DNA of 64,000 nucleotides from Candidatus Bilamarchaeaceae archaeon. GTDB taxonomy: Archaea; Micrarchaeota; Micrarchaeia; Anstonellales; Bilamarchaeaceae. A model generated the notes under the pieces. That model was not told where the DNA came from. It did not search any database and saw only the letters and a list, made by a program, of their open reading frames with translations. Both the position numbers and the translations under genes were made by a program. The stretch is taken from positions 26,902-90,901 of the forward strand of contig JAWCKZ010000002.1 in NCBI GenBank assembly GCA_038851325.1. Direction: 5' to 3'. Of the stretch, positions 38,799-49,080 are shown piece after piece (position 1 is the stretch's first letter; every line of letters starts with the position of its first letter).

Positions 38799-39467
38799 AT
38801 GCAGCAATGGAATGAGGTTTTCAAAAAAGAGGGGAAGTACTTTACAAAAATTCGGGAAGAAATCCCTGGAGTTTTAAAACTATTCAAAGATCGCGATGTG
38901 AAAAGGATCTTAGATTTGGGCTGCGGTTCAGGCAGGCATACTGTATATTTTGCCAAAAAGGGATTTGTTGTTTATGGCATTGATATCGCAAAGCAGGGTA
39001 TCAAGATTACAAAATCTTGGTTGAAAAAAGAAAATGTCAAAGCGAATCTAAAAATCGGCTCAATTTATCGCAAACTTCCTTATCCAAATGATTTTTTTGA
39101 TGCAGTAATCAGCACTCAGACGATCCACCATGCCAGGATTGGAAATGTCAGGAAGGCGATCAGAGAAATTGAACGGGTATTAAAACAACATGGCTTGATT
39201 TTCGTAACAGTTGCAAGGAAGATCAAAAGACGCTATAAGCAAATTGCGCCCAGGACGTATGTCCCTACCGAGGGTGTTGAAAAAGGGCTGCCACACTATA
39301 TTTTTAACAAAAAATTGCTCAAAAAAGAATTCAAGAATTTCAGGATTTTTAGGATCTGGGTCGATTCGTACAAAGGGCAGTATTGCCTGCTTGGTGAATT
39401 AAAAAGAAAGAGCAACTCTCACACCGCTCACACCAGTTCCTCAGCCCTGAATAGTCTCTCGCAGTAG
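38799..39467 (+). CDS. Class I SAM-dependent methyltransferase
   Basis: ILDLGCGSGRH, GIDI, LPYPNDFFDAVI, RVLKQHG. Confidence 0.85.
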   Translation: MQQWNEVFKKEGKYFTKIREEIPGVLKLFKDRDVKRILDLGCGSGRHTVYFAKKGFVVYGIDIAKQGIKITKSWLKKENVKANLKIGSIYRKLPYPNDFFDAVISTQTIHHARIGNVRKAIREIERVLKQHGLIFVTVARKIKRRYKQIAPRTYVPTEGVEKGLPHYIFNKKLLKKEFKNFRIFRIWVDSYKGQYCLLGELKRKSNSHTAHTSSSALNSLSQ

Positions 39468-39871
39468 TGGCACCTGTACCCGCTGTCTTCTTTTTTAAAT
39501 ATCTTCAGAACGTTGCTTTCGCTGTTCGTAATACAGTTGGGATTCGGGCATATACCGTTGCCTTCTAGTTTTTCAGGCAGCTCCACAGTATATTTCTTCT
39601 CTACCTTGCTATTCCTGATGATATTCACGGTTGCGCCAGGTGATACAAGCGCTATTATGTTAGCCTCATCCTCTGTTATTATTTTCTCTGCGATTTTTAC
39701 GATGTCTTTTTTCCCCATCTTTTTGCTCGGCGCATTGACCACAAGCGCAACATTATACGGATAAGTTTCTGTTATACCCATTATTCTCAGCACCCTCGCG
39801 CCCATCCCGGCCTTAATGTGGTCCACAACAGTTCCTTTTTCAATTGGCTCGACAGTTAGCATACACCTCAC
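39428..39871 (-). CDS. pyrI: Aspartate carbamoyltransferase regulatory chain
   Basis: GTVVDHI, KKDIVKI, CPNPNCITN, CHYCE. Confidence 0.95.
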   Translation of the reverse strand: MRCMLTVEPIEKGTVVDHIKAGMGARVLRIMGITETYPYNVALVVNAPSKKMGKKDIVKIAEKIITEDEANIIALVSPGATVNIIRNSKVEKKYTVELPEKLEGNGICPNPNCITNSESNVLKIFKKEDSGYRCHYCERLFRAEELV

Positions 39872-40767
39872 CCGTTCCTTCTTAAAACATAATCTATTAC
39901 AGCCATTCTTAGCGGAACACCATAATGTGCCTGCTCAAAGTATCTTGCCTGTGGCATTTTGTCTATCTCTGGATCTATCTCCCCAACCTTTGGCAGTGGA
40001 TGGAGTATGACCAAATCTTTCTTCGCTTCAGCAAGGTCTTCCCTTTTTATCCTGAACTTCTTCATTATCGATTGTGCTTCATACGGATCAGCAAACCTCT
40101 CTGCCTGTATTCGACAGACATAGAGAACGTCTGCGTCCTTAAACTCAGGTTCGCTCTTAGTTTTTACCTCAATTCCAAATCTCCTTTCTACCTCTCTGAG
40201 ATAATCTGTGTCCATCTCAAGTCCCTTTGGTGAGATCAGCGTGACGTTCGCGTCAAACATGCCAAGACCATAAACGAGTGACCGCATGGTCCTCGCATGC
40301 TTCAAATCGCCAAGAAGTGTCACGTTCAATCCAGCTATTTTTCCTTTCATCCTTCTTATAGAAAACAGGTCGATGAGTGTCTGCGTAGGATGCTGGTTTC
40401 CTCCGTCTCCCCCATTTACGACCGGCTTTTCACTCATGTCTGCAGCAAGCCTTGCAGAGCCTTCCTTCGCATGCCTTACCACAAGAACATCCGCATATCC
40501 CTCGACAGTTTTTATTGTGTCTGTAAAGCTCTCCCCCTTCTTCAGAGAACTTAGCTCGGGAAGGAAATCAACGTAGGTCATACCAAGCCGCATGGCGGCA
40601 GACTGGAATGAAAGCTTCGTTCTTGTTGATGGTTCAAAAAAAAGCGTGGCAAGTATCTTTCCCTTCAAATCAATTTTCTTTTTTCCGTCAGCAATCTTTG
40701 CTGCGGACTCAAGAATATCATCTACAACATCTTTTGTCATGTCCCGTATGGAGATAAGGTCCACCAT
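39868..40767 (-). CDS. pyrB: Aspartate carbamoyltransferase catalytic chain
   Basis: FFEPSTRT, HPTQTL.D, GDLKHART, HPLP. Confidence 0.95.
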   Translation of the reverse strand: MVDLISIRDMTKDVVDDILESAAKIADGKKKIDLKGKILATLFFEPSTRTKLSFQSAAMRLGMTYVDFLPELSSLKKGESFTDTIKTVEGYADVLVVRHAKEGSARLAADMSEKPVVNGGDGGNQHPTQTLIDLFSIRRMKGKIAGLNVTLLGDLKHARTMRSLVYGLGMFDANVTLISPKGLEMDTDYLREVERRFGIEVKTKSEPEFKDADVLYVCRIQAERFADPYEAQSIMKKFRIKREDLAEAKKDLVILHPLPKVGEIDPEIDKMPQARYFEQAHYGVPLRMAVIDYVLRRNG

Positions 40768-40953
40768 CCCAACACCATAGGGTATTTAAGATCAATATTT
40801 ATATTTATTCTCTTTGAGGGCGGTGGGGCGAGCTCGTTCAGGCGCCATTCCTTCTGTGCACAGAAAAGCGCCTACAGGGTGACCGTGATGAAGACGAACA
40901 ATGCTATTGAAGTTAGCGGAAGCTATAAGGAGGCGAGCATGATGGGTTTAAAT

Positions 40954-41895
40954 TTACAACAACCTACTTTCTTCTCTTGTGGATGGCAGCTTTATTATTT
41001 TTGCAGATTCGCTGCAGATTTTTCTTTTAGAGTGATTTCTTTCTCCCTTTTCGTCTTTTTTTGTTTTAATCTGGAATTTTTCTTCAATTATTTTTATAGC
41101 TTCCTCATATTTTTTCTCTCCCAATAATTCGGCAACTTTGTTGCTGGCTTCGATAAGGTCGTTAACCAAGATAGAGCTGATCGCAGGTGTTCGCGCTCCC
41201 CTTTCCATAGCCTCTGAGATCACCCCATCAATCGTGTCAAACAGTCGCAGAATTGTGTTGGCTTTTTTGTAGCTGTAGTCTCCGCCAAGCGCAGCCAAGG
41301 GTCTGCTTATATATTTTTTTATCAATCCTTCTCGTGCGGTATGGACGCGTACGACGTTTCCTTCTTTTTCATAGATTCCATACCTATCAAGTTGTGAAAT
41401 CATCGAATTAATCCTGTCTATAGAATTAGTCAGAATCCAAAGCTTTATCTCCATTTCTTCTTTATTTTTGAGTTCAAAACCGTTTATTGTTTCAAGCGAG
41501 GCGGAAAGAGCAGGAGGGATATTGACCTTGGTTTTTATCTTAACTATCGATTCTATGTTTTCAACATAGCTATCAATAATATGTGCCTTCTGATTGCATC
41601 TGATTAGCCTCTCTAATATATCAAGAGAATCGATCGCGCACATCTTAACTTTTTGTCTTATTTCTTCGTGGGGCTTTTGCTTGACTGGCTTCTTAAGTAT
41701 GTCCAATTCGGAAAATCCAGAAAGTAGTAATCTGCCATTTTTAACAGCCAGTTTAACAGCCAACTTAGACGGGCATCTATCTAAAAGCTCTTTGTATCTG
41801 TCAAGTATTTCCTTTGGCAGTTTTTTTGCTTCTTCTGGCACAGCGCCTTTATAGCATCTCCTTTTTGTGGTGCCTGGCAAAACCATCTTGTCCAT
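40954..41895 (-). CDS. Hypothetical protein (orphan)
   Basis: 313-aa ORF with TATA-like TTTTAAA upstream; no recognised motif. Confidence 0.6.
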   Translation of the reverse strand: MDKMVLPGTTKRRCYKGAVPEEAKKLPKEILDRYKELLDRCPSKLAVKLAVKNGRLLLSGFSELDILKKPVKQKPHEEIRQKVKMCAIDSLDILERLIRCNQKAHIIDSYVENIESIVKIKTKVNIPPALSASLETINGFELKNKEEMEIKLWILTNSIDRINSMISQLDRYGIYEKEGNVVRVHTAREGLIKKYISRPLAALGGDYSYKKANTILRLFDTIDGVISEAMERGARTPAISSILVNDLIEASNKVAELLGEKKYEEAIKIIEEKFQIKTKKDEKGERNHSKRKICSESAKIIKLPSTREESRLL

Positions 41896-41955
41896 GTGTT
41901 TACTCTGTGCTAAACAATTTAAAATAGTATGCTATGAGGCCGTAGAGTCATTTTG

Positions 41956-43182
41956 TTAACGAAACTGCTGAGCAGTTTTATATCTAAGAAAAGCACCAAC
42001 CCCTCCAAAACCGTGAAGAAATTGTGCACCCTCTGATGTGTCGGTTGAAATTATCTCAACAGGGATATTATTCGCGCGTGCTAGGTCCTCGAGGTCGTCG
42101 ATTAAATCTTTTACTGTTATAATCTTTGCGTCTCCACCGCACGTGCACTTTATATGCTCCTCTGGCTTTGTCCTTGTAAGTCTATACGTCTCTGCGCCGC
42201 ACGCTGCGCACTTATACCAAACAATCTTATAGTCCAAACCTTCTGAAAGAAGCACACGCTCCGCTTGTTTCGTAGTTATCGCTTCGCGGACCTCTTTTTC
42301 ACCGTAGGTTGCAAGGCCTTCGTGAACAACATCTTTTATGAAGTTGTTAATAAGCGTCTTTTCCTTTACAAGCTCCTGTTGTGCAAGAAGCGCCTCGCTC
42401 TTTCCGATAACTTCCTGTACCCCATATTCATCAGTATAACCTGTGTCAACGACTCCGAGTACTTTAATCTGATAATTAAATGGCCTGTCTCTCACAAATA
42501 TATCTTTGACCGGACCAGGTCCGCCTATAACGATACCTTTAACTCGTTCAAGAAAATGTTCATCTATTTTTTCTCCTACTTTCTTGTAGTAGTACTCGAT
42601 ACTTTCCTCGCGCAACCGCTCAAATCTACGGGCGCTCTGACCTCCCTTTCTTATTTTGGCATGAGCCATGGAGTGCACACGGTCAACGATTTTTGTTTCT
42701 GTTCCCCTCACTATTGCAAGGGTTGCCTCCCTACCGTCCATCACTACAACGCCATAAGTATCGCGCGTCTCAAGAATCCGTTCTAGAGGTTCGAGAAAAA
42801 AGCGGCTATCACATCTGTATATTCCAACCTTAAGCGGCTCTGGCGGTTCCAAAGAAAAAAGCTGGATGTCAACCTTCGCAGGATTGTCCGATATGTTGCC
42901 GGCGAAAACAGCGAGCCCGTTAGGAGGGGTTTCTCTAAAGAGTTTGAGATGATTTATTATTCGTTCAAGAGCACCGAGCACATTCGTTCGTGTCGTTTTT
43001 GATTTTATATTGCTTGCCTGGCTCATCTCCTGCCGAAGACGATTTCCCATTTCATGTACTGGTGAGCCAGCCGGAATATACACTGATATGAGTTCTGTGC
43101 CGCTGCCTGAAAAAGAAGAAAGCATTTTTAACCATCGCTTCAGCTCAAAGAGCTTTTCGCTTTTTGTTTTTTCTTCAGCCAT
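41956..43182 (-). CDS. prf1: Peptide chain release factor aRF1
   Basis: GTELISVYIP, ASNIKS, YRCD, GGQSARRF, FGGVGAFLRY. Confidence 0.97.
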   Translation of the reverse strand: MAEEKTKSEKLFELKRWLKMLSSFSGSGTELISVYIPAGSPVHEMGNRLRQEMSQASNIKSKTTRTNVLGALERIINHLKLFRETPPNGLAVFAGNISDNPAKVDIQLFSLEPPEPLKVGIYRCDSRFFLEPLERILETRDTYGVVVMDGREATLAIVRGTETKIVDRVHSMAHAKIRKGGQSARRFERLREESIEYYYKKVGEKIDEHFLERVKGIVIGGPGPVKDIFVRDRPFNYQIKVLGVVDTGYTDEYGVQEVIGKSEALLAQQELVKEKTLINNFIKDVVHEGLATYGEKEVREAITTKQAERVLLSEGLDYKIVWYKCAACGAETYRLTRTKPEEHIKCTCGGDAKIITVKDLIDDLEDLARANNIPVEIISTDTSEGAQFLHGFGGVGAFLRYKTAQQFR

Positions 43183-43213
43183 TTCTGTATCCCACCATTT
43201 TGTTATTTCACGT

Positions 43214-43774
43214 TTACTCCAGCAATCTTACTTCCATTGTTTCAAGATCATATTTCATAGCTACGATTCGCAACTTTCCTTCCTCAGCCGCTTTTCTCAC
43301 TATCTCACTCTTTCTTAACAATTCATCGATTACCATTTTTGCGTTTATATCTATTGCCTTATCCACGTTATTTTCAGCTTTTTTTGCAGCCGGTTTTATT
43401 TTCTTTATTACTGCTGCAAGGTTGCCCTCCGCATGTCCTTCACTACATGCTGCAGTTACAGCCCCGCATTTTGTGTGCGCAAGGACAACAAGGAGCGGTG
43501 TATGAAGATGACCTACACCGTATTCTATGCTACCGATGCATACCTTGTCGAGTATGTTCCCGGCCGTTTCTACCTTAAAAATATCTCCTATATTAGCATC
43601 GAATATATACGATGGAATAACTCTCGAATCAGAGCACGTCAGCATGGTAACAAACGGGTGTTGTCCGTTTAGAAGTTCTCTGTTTTTTTCAGGTAAATTC
43701 TTCTGTTCCATCCTACCTTCCACATATCTTCTATTTCCTTCCAAAAGTCGTTCTATCTCCTTTTCACCTACCAT
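43214..43774 (-). CDS. Beta-class carbonic anhydrase
   Basis: LLEGNRRY, CSDSR, AGN, HTKCGAV; start set at ATG after GGGTGG RBS (ORF stays open to 43927). Confidence 0.92.
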   Translation of the reverse strand: MVGEKEIERLLEGNRRYVEGRMEQKNLPEKNRELLNGQHPFVTMLTCSDSRVIPSYIFDANIGDIFKVETAGNILDKVCIGSIEYGVGHLHTPLLVVLAHTKCGAVTAACSEGHAEGNLAAVIKKIKPAAKKAENNVDKAIDINAKMVIDELLRKSEIVRKAAEEGKLRIVAMKYDLETMEVRLLE

Positions 43775-43984
43775 ACTTTCCACCCTTGAACTCAGCGGTT
43801 CCAGCCTCTCAATGCCTGTTTTCCTTTTTGTTGGTTGTACTGGTTGTACCGCTTTTTCTTCAGGCTTTTTTTGAATTTTTTGTCTCACATTCTCACCAAA
43901 GAATTTATCACAAAAAGCGATTCGCAACTAATTTGTTCATAATTTGTTCATAATGTTTAAATACCATATCTACGAGAACTCTTC

Positions 43985-44974
43985 ATGGATTTCTGTGCTG
44001 TAGTCAAGGATGAACTGAAAGAAATAGAGGATCAAATCGAGATGTACTTAGCCAACAAGGACGCACGGGTCTACGGTCCGCTTCTTCCATTCATAAAGCG
44101 CGGCGGAAAAAGAATAAGACCCATTATTGCGGTTGTATTCTTTAGAGCGTTTGGCGGCAAAAACTTTAGCGATGTAAAGAAAATCGCAGCTCTTATAGAG
44201 TTGTTCCATAATTTCACACTAATTCACGATGATATTGAAGATGACTCAAAATACAGAAGAGGGGAGCCAACGCTTCACGTTCAATACGGAATTCCAATAG
44301 CACTTAATTCTGCGGATGCGCTCTATACCTTAGTATGGCGTGAACTTATCTCTGTCAATATGGACAGAAAAAAACTTTATTGCACTGTAGAGGCATGCGC
44401 AAAGGCTTTTACTGAAGTTACAGAAGGACAGGGGCTAGAGCTTTATTGGGAAAAAAACGGCATCTACGACATTACTGAAGAGGACTATCTCTCTATGATA
44501 GATAAAAAGACAGCGGCCCTTTTGGGGCTGTCGGCTTGGGTTGGAGCCTACCTTGGAGGTGCATCGCGCAAAGAGCGGATCGAAGCAGAAAAATTTGGAA
44601 GAACAGTTGGTATCGCATTTCAGATACAGGACGATGTTCTGAACGTCTCCGGGGATTTTAAGAAGTATCAGAAAAAAATAGGGGACGATATAACAGAAGG
44701 AAAGAGAACCCTGATGGTTATAAAGGCGCTACAAGATGGAGAGCCCGCAGACAAAGAAAGGTTAAAAACATTACTTGCAAGCCATACTACTGATCCTGCT
44801 CAAATAACCGAAGCCATAGACATATTGAAAAAATATGGCGCGATAGAGTACGCAAAGGAGCGAGCAAATGTGCTCGTGGAAGACGCTTTAGACCATATAA
44901 GCCACATGAAAGATTCGAATTATAAAAAAGCTTTGTGCGAGATCGCAAATTTTGCGATTACACGAGAAAGATAA
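43985..44974 (+). CDS. idsA: Geranylgeranyl diphosphate synthase
   Basis: GGKRIRP, HDDIED..RRG, GQ, KTA, FQIQDD, DITEGKRT. Confidence 0.93.
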   Translation: MDFCAVVKDELKEIEDQIEMYLANKDARVYGPLLPFIKRGGKRIRPIIAVVFFRAFGGKNFSDVKKIAALIELFHNFTLIHDDIEDDSKYRRGEPTLHVQYGIPIALNSADALYTLVWRELISVNMDRKKLYCTVEACAKAFTEVTEGQGLELYWEKNGIYDITEEDYLSMIDKKTAALLGLSAWVGAYLGGASRKERIEAEKFGRTVGIAFQIQDDVLNVSGDFKKYQKKIGDDITEGKRTLMVIKALQDGEPADKERLKTLLASHTTDPAQITEAIDILKKYGAIEYAKERANVLVEDALDHISHMKDSNYKKALCEIANFAITRER

Positions 44975-45030
44975 CGTTTTAAACTCTTTTTCCCATATAC
45001 TGTAAACAACAAGCAAATACCGAACGCTTA

Positions 45031-46386
45031 GTGAAGAGTATGAAATATTTCAAAACATTTATGGTGGATGCTGCAAAGCAGAAGAGTAAAGGCCCTACTG
45101 CTAACCATAAACTAAACAAATTGTATGTTCAGCACGAAGGGTTGCTTACCACTCAAAACAACGTACAACCATCGCCAAGGGGGCGTAATGTAACCGTACA
45201 TGGTCCACTAAAAATTGCTTTGGAGGAGTTTGCGCCAGACGCCGAAAGCTACGACTCTCTACGATGTATAACCAGGTTCGCAAGCGAGGACTTTAGTAGT
45301 CTTTCGGAGTACCTATTTACAGTGCTCAAAAAAGCCTTTGAAGGCGTGGTGAGATGCTCCATCTATCTTGCCGAAGAGGTAGGAACCAGGAGCAGTTTCA
45401 AAACAATCCTCTCGCATTATCTGACTATTAACATGAATGGAAATGTAAGAACAAGTTCGTTGGACAAGGGAAGCAGAATATCAGATAAGAGCGATCCTAT
45501 TTTGAAGGCTTATCTGGATAAAAAACCCAGGTTTATAGATTATCGCGCGGGCATGGACCTGATTTTCAAGAATCTTAATTATGAAAACAAAGACTGTGAT
45601 GTGTACGTAAGAGAACCTAACATCCTTAAAGATGATGTTGCGTTGATACCATTTTATTACAGGGAAAGGGATAAACTTCGCGGTGTGATGGTACTGGAAG
45701 GAAACCTCAAGTGTAAAAATTCGGCAAAATGTGGTTTTGGGAAAGCATTCTATTTTATGATGGCAGCTACAGCACTCGGCGCCCAAGTTGGTTTTATATC
45801 AATGCAAAAATACGATCACACAACCGCGCTGTATAAAAAAAGCGATTTTGAGATAGACCTAAAAACATTAATTCGCAGATTGTTAAAAGCACAAAAGCGT
45901 GGTGCGCAAAAGAACGCTATTATCCTTCTCGTAGACCTTGATAATTTTAAGGCGGTCAATGAGCATTATGGATATTTAGCTGGGGACGCTCTTCTTAGTA
46001 ATATAGCAAAAGCGATAAAGAACTCCGTGCGCAGGCCCACACAAAACAGAAAATCAGACATTATAGCCAGATGGGGCGGGGAGGAGTTCGCTATTCTTCT
46101 TGAGGATATAGATGAAGAAAATGCAATCAAAATAGCCAACCGAATCAGGGACGAGGTGGCCAAGGCAAAGATAAAAGTTGACGAAAAAGAGATAAGAGTA
46201 ACATGCAGCATAGGCCTTCTTAATATCGAGAAAGCTTTGGCGACAGATAAGAGAACAGGTGTGGATGAAGCAGCAAAAAATGTTTTTAATAAATGCAACA
46301 CCCTTCTCAAATCTGTTAAAAGCAACGGAAAGAATGGAATAGCGTTTGTTTCAGAGGGCAATGGTGTGGAGCTGATACGCGGATAG
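45031..46386 (+). CDS. GAF-like + GGDEF diguanylate cyclase
   Basis: DLDNFKAVNEHYGYLAGD, RKSD I-site, ARWGGEEF, VTCSIG, KSNGKN. Confidence 0.88.
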   Translation: MKSMKYFKTFMVDAAKQKSKGPTANHKLNKLYVQHEGLLTTQNNVQPSPRGRNVTVHGPLKIALEEFAPDAESYDSLRCITRFASEDFSSLSEYLFTVLKKAFEGVVRCSIYLAEEVGTRSSFKTILSHYLTINMNGNVRTSSLDKGSRISDKSDPILKAYLDKKPRFIDYRAGMDLIFKNLNYENKDCDVYVREPNILKDDVALIPFYYRERDKLRGVMVLEGNLKCKNSAKCGFGKAFYFMMAATALGAQVGFISMQKYDHTTALYKKSDFEIDLKTLIRRLLKAQKRGAQKNAIILLVDLDNFKAVNEHYGYLAGDALLSNIAKAIKNSVRRPTQNRKSDIIARWGGEEFAILLEDIDEENAIKIANRIRDEVAKAKIKVDEKEIRVTCSIGLLNIEKALATDKRTGVDEAAKNVFNKCNTLLKSVKSNGKNGIAFVSEGNGVELIRG

Positions 46387-46431
46387 CGTAGAGTTTTTAA
46401 ATTATCTTTCTATAGTTTTTTTGGTAATCGT

Positions 46432-47244
46432 ATGCCGAGAAATTTCTTTATAACCGGTTTGCCAAAATCCGGGAAAACAACAATTCTGAGGAAGCTTATA
46501 GAGGAATTTAAGAAGAGGGGACTTAAGGTCGGCGGGTTTATCTCCCCAGAAGAGAGAGAGCACGGCACTAGAGAAGGTTTTTATGTTCAGGATATAGACA
46601 CAGGCCGGATCGGCAGGTTGGCATCCACAAAAGGTGACGGTCCAAAGGTGAGCAAGTATCACGTAGATATAAAATCCTTTGAGAGTATTGCGGTGCCGAT
46701 CATGAAAAAAGTTGACGAGTATGACGTTCTAATCATAGATGAGATAGGACGAATGGAGATGAAAAGCAAAAGGTTTGTGGAGCTCCTTGATGAAGTATTC
46801 GAGTCCCAAACACCAGTCATCGCATCTATTCATCAAGACTACGTGCTGACGTACGCCGTAAATGGTGAGATATTTGTTGTCACACCGACGACTCGCGAGG
46901 CCGTGTTTATTGATCTCCTTAATAAAGCAACTCAGGAATACTCACGGGTTCCACCCGAGGAGAAAATAAGGAAAAAGGAAAAGCCACCCAGAAAAGAGAA
47001 GAAGAGAAAAAAGGAAAAAAGGAAAGGAAAGGAGAAGACAAAGAAGGGAAAAGGGTTGAAAGAAGAAAAGAAAACGGAGGAAAGAAAGGAGCTGAAGGAA
47101 GAACGAGAAAGGGCAAAGGAAGAGGAAAGGAAAGAGGAAGAGGAAAGGAAAGAAGAGGAAAAGGATAAAAAAGAGGAAAGAAGTGCTGAAAAACCAGCGC
47201 AAAGAGGAATAATAAGAAAATTTCGTGAGCTACTTGGTTTTTAG
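46432..47244 (+). CDS. Nucleoside-triphosphatase (THEP1 family) with K/E-rich tail
   Basis: TGLPKSGKTT, VGGF, REGF, IDEIGRME. Confidence 0.9.
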   Translation: MPRNFFITGLPKSGKTTILRKLIEEFKKRGLKVGGFISPEEREHGTREGFYVQDIDTGRIGRLASTKGDGPKVSKYHVDIKSFESIAVPIMKKVDEYDVLIIDEIGRMEMKSKRFVELLDEVFESQTPVIASIHQDYVLTYAVNGEIFVVTPTTREAVFIDLLNKATQEYSRVPPEEKIRKKEKPPRKEKKRKKEKRKGKEKTKKGKGLKEEKKTEERKELKEERERAKEEERKEEEERKEEEKDKKEERSAEKPAQRGIIRKFRELLGF

Positions 47245-47320
47245 TATATCTTACGACGTAGATTTTCAATTAACTCTTACTATCAAATCTGCTTCATTCG
47301 GCCTACCACACTTTAGCTAT

Positions 47321-49027
47321 TCAGCTGCTCTCTTCCCACAGCTTCTTTATCAATTTCTTTAGCTCTTCTCGCTTTCTTAGGAATTCCATCTCTTCTTCTT
47401 TCGTTAGTCTCATCTGCTCTTTTATATATGCTTCTTTTTCCTTGATCTCTTCTTTTTCCTTCACCTTTCCCTCACCTATCCTGAGTTCAAGAAGTTTTGC
47501 TTGGTGCGAGAGCAGAGTAAGACGCTTGTTCAGGCCATCTGACATTTCTGAAAGTCGCGAGAGCGAGTTGTTTATCTCATCTAAAAGTTTCTTTTTTTCC
47601 TTTATTTCCTTTGCGGCCTCAAGTGCTTTTTTGAGTTCGCTTTCACCAACTTTCTCTGCGAATTTTTTTGCCTCTTTTTTGATTTCTGTTTCCTGCGCTG
47701 CAGCAATCCCCCTCATTCTTTCGAGCTCCTTCTCTATCTTATCTATTTCGGCATTATATCCTTTAAGCGACGGTACAATACGCTCTTTTATTTGCTGGAA
47801 TGTGACATATCTGTTTTTATCCTCTTCGAGCGCTTCTGAAATCTTCAGTGATTCTTCTTTCAACTCTGCAAGTTTATCCTCTATGTTTTTGGCAAGCTCC
47901 TCTGCCTCAACTGCTGTGGTTCGTCTTCCGCCAGCAACTTCGAGCAGCCTTTTTAGCGCGCTCACCTTCTCTTCTATTTCCCTCTCTCGTCTTTCAAGTT
48001 CTTTCATTTCTTCATGGAGTTTGGCTTGAGATGGAAATCTTGTTACTATACCTTTTGCAACTTCCAGAGAATCCGAAAAGCGCTCTATGGTGTCAAAATT
48101 CTCCTTTAGTTTTTCATCTACTCTCTTTATGTTCTCAAAGAGTTTGTCTGCCTCTTTAGTGAGCTCCTTTAATTCTTGTTTAAGCGTTGCGGATGTTTTT
48201 TCATATTCTTTTAGAGATCCTCCAACTGCTGAGACTATTTCGGCTCCTTCTTTAATGCTTACTATATCCTCCCTAAGTATTGCATTTCTTTTCTTCATCT
48301 CGTTGAAATCTCTTACAAGGGAATCAAATTTCTTGCGCATTTCCGCAGCAGACGGTATCTCAATCCCTGTTGGAACTTCTTCCTTAAGTTTTCTTTTTGT
48401 TTCCTTCAGTTCACTCATTAGACCAAAAATCTCATTTTGAAGAGTCTTAAACCGCTCAAACGCCTTTTCGCTTTCAGGTTTGGATATCTGTGAGCTTAAC
48501 GTGCTTACCTCTTTTTGGAGCTCTTTTATTTCATTCCTAATTCTGTTTATTTCAGAAACGGCGTTCGACAAGATCTTTAAACTATCATCAAATCTTTTCT
48601 CCGAGAGCTCCTTCTCAGCTATAACTGGTGCGATATTCCGTTCTATATCGTCCAGACGCTTGTATATTCTTGCGTAAACCTCTGAGAATGATTCTTTAAG
48701 TTTTTCGATCTTTTCCATCTCAGGTAAAAGAGCTTCCCTTGTTTTTTCTATCTCTTTAGTAAGCTCTGCCTTTTCTTTTTCAAACGAGAGACGTTCCTCC
48801 TCTATCTGTTCGGCTGCTGGTTGAACCCATACAAGGTATATCTTGGCAAGTTTATACTCTACACGAATTATTCCTTCTTCCTCAAGAACTCGCGCCCACT
48901 CTTCGATGGTGTCAGAAGGAATGTTTAGGGTTGCAGCGCATTCATCCACTTCTATTTTTCCTTTTTGCTTCACAAGTTTAACGAGAGCATCAACTCCTGT
49001 TGTGATCAGTAATTCATCAAATTCCAT
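47321..49027 (-). CDS. Long coiled-coil protein with N-terminal winged helix
   Basis: TGVDALV...IEEWARVLEEEGII.VEY followed by about 500 aa of heptad-rich sequence. Confidence 0.7.
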   Translation of the reverse strand: MEFDELLITTGVDALVKLVKQKGKIEVDECAATLNIPSDTIEEWARVLEEEGIIRVEYKLAKIYLVWVQPAAEQIEEERLSFEKEKAELTKEIEKTREALLPEMEKIEKLKESFSEVYARIYKRLDDIERNIAPVIAEKELSEKRFDDSLKILSNAVSEINRIRNEIKELQKEVSTLSSQISKPESEKAFERFKTLQNEIFGLMSELKETKRKLKEEVPTGIEIPSAAEMRKKFDSLVRDFNEMKKRNAILREDIVSIKEGAEIVSAVGGSLKEYEKTSATLKQELKELTKEADKLFENIKRVDEKLKENFDTIERFSDSLEVAKGIVTRFPSQAKLHEEMKELERREREIEEKVSALKRLLEVAGGRRTTAVEAEELAKNIEDKLAELKEESLKISEALEEDKNRYVTFQQIKERIVPSLKGYNAEIDKIEKELERMRGIAAAQETEIKKEAKKFAEKVGESELKKALEAAKEIKEKKKLLDEINNSLSRLSEMSDGLNKRLTLLSHQAKLLELRIGEGKVKEKEEIKEKEAYIKEQMRLTKEEEMEFLRKREELKKLIKKLWEESS

Positions 49028-49080
49028 GGCAGAGTATTAAAAACATAAGATTTAAATATGGAATTCAGGATAATCACTCC

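Noticed and set aside
38799..39467. Methyltransferase as another attC-type cassette
   Set aside because: Looks inserted, but no TAAC/GTTA hairpin or GA-mismatch clamp flanks it
43908..43951. Programmed +1 frameshift extending carbonic anhydrase from ATG 43940 through a T5 run; 11-bp duplication at 43930-43951
   Set aside because: An internal ATG (43774) with a good GGGTGG RBS already yields the complete enzyme; no support for recoding
47321..49027. SMC ATPase partner of ScpA
   Set aside because: No Walker A/B or signature motif; only coiled coil plus wHTH
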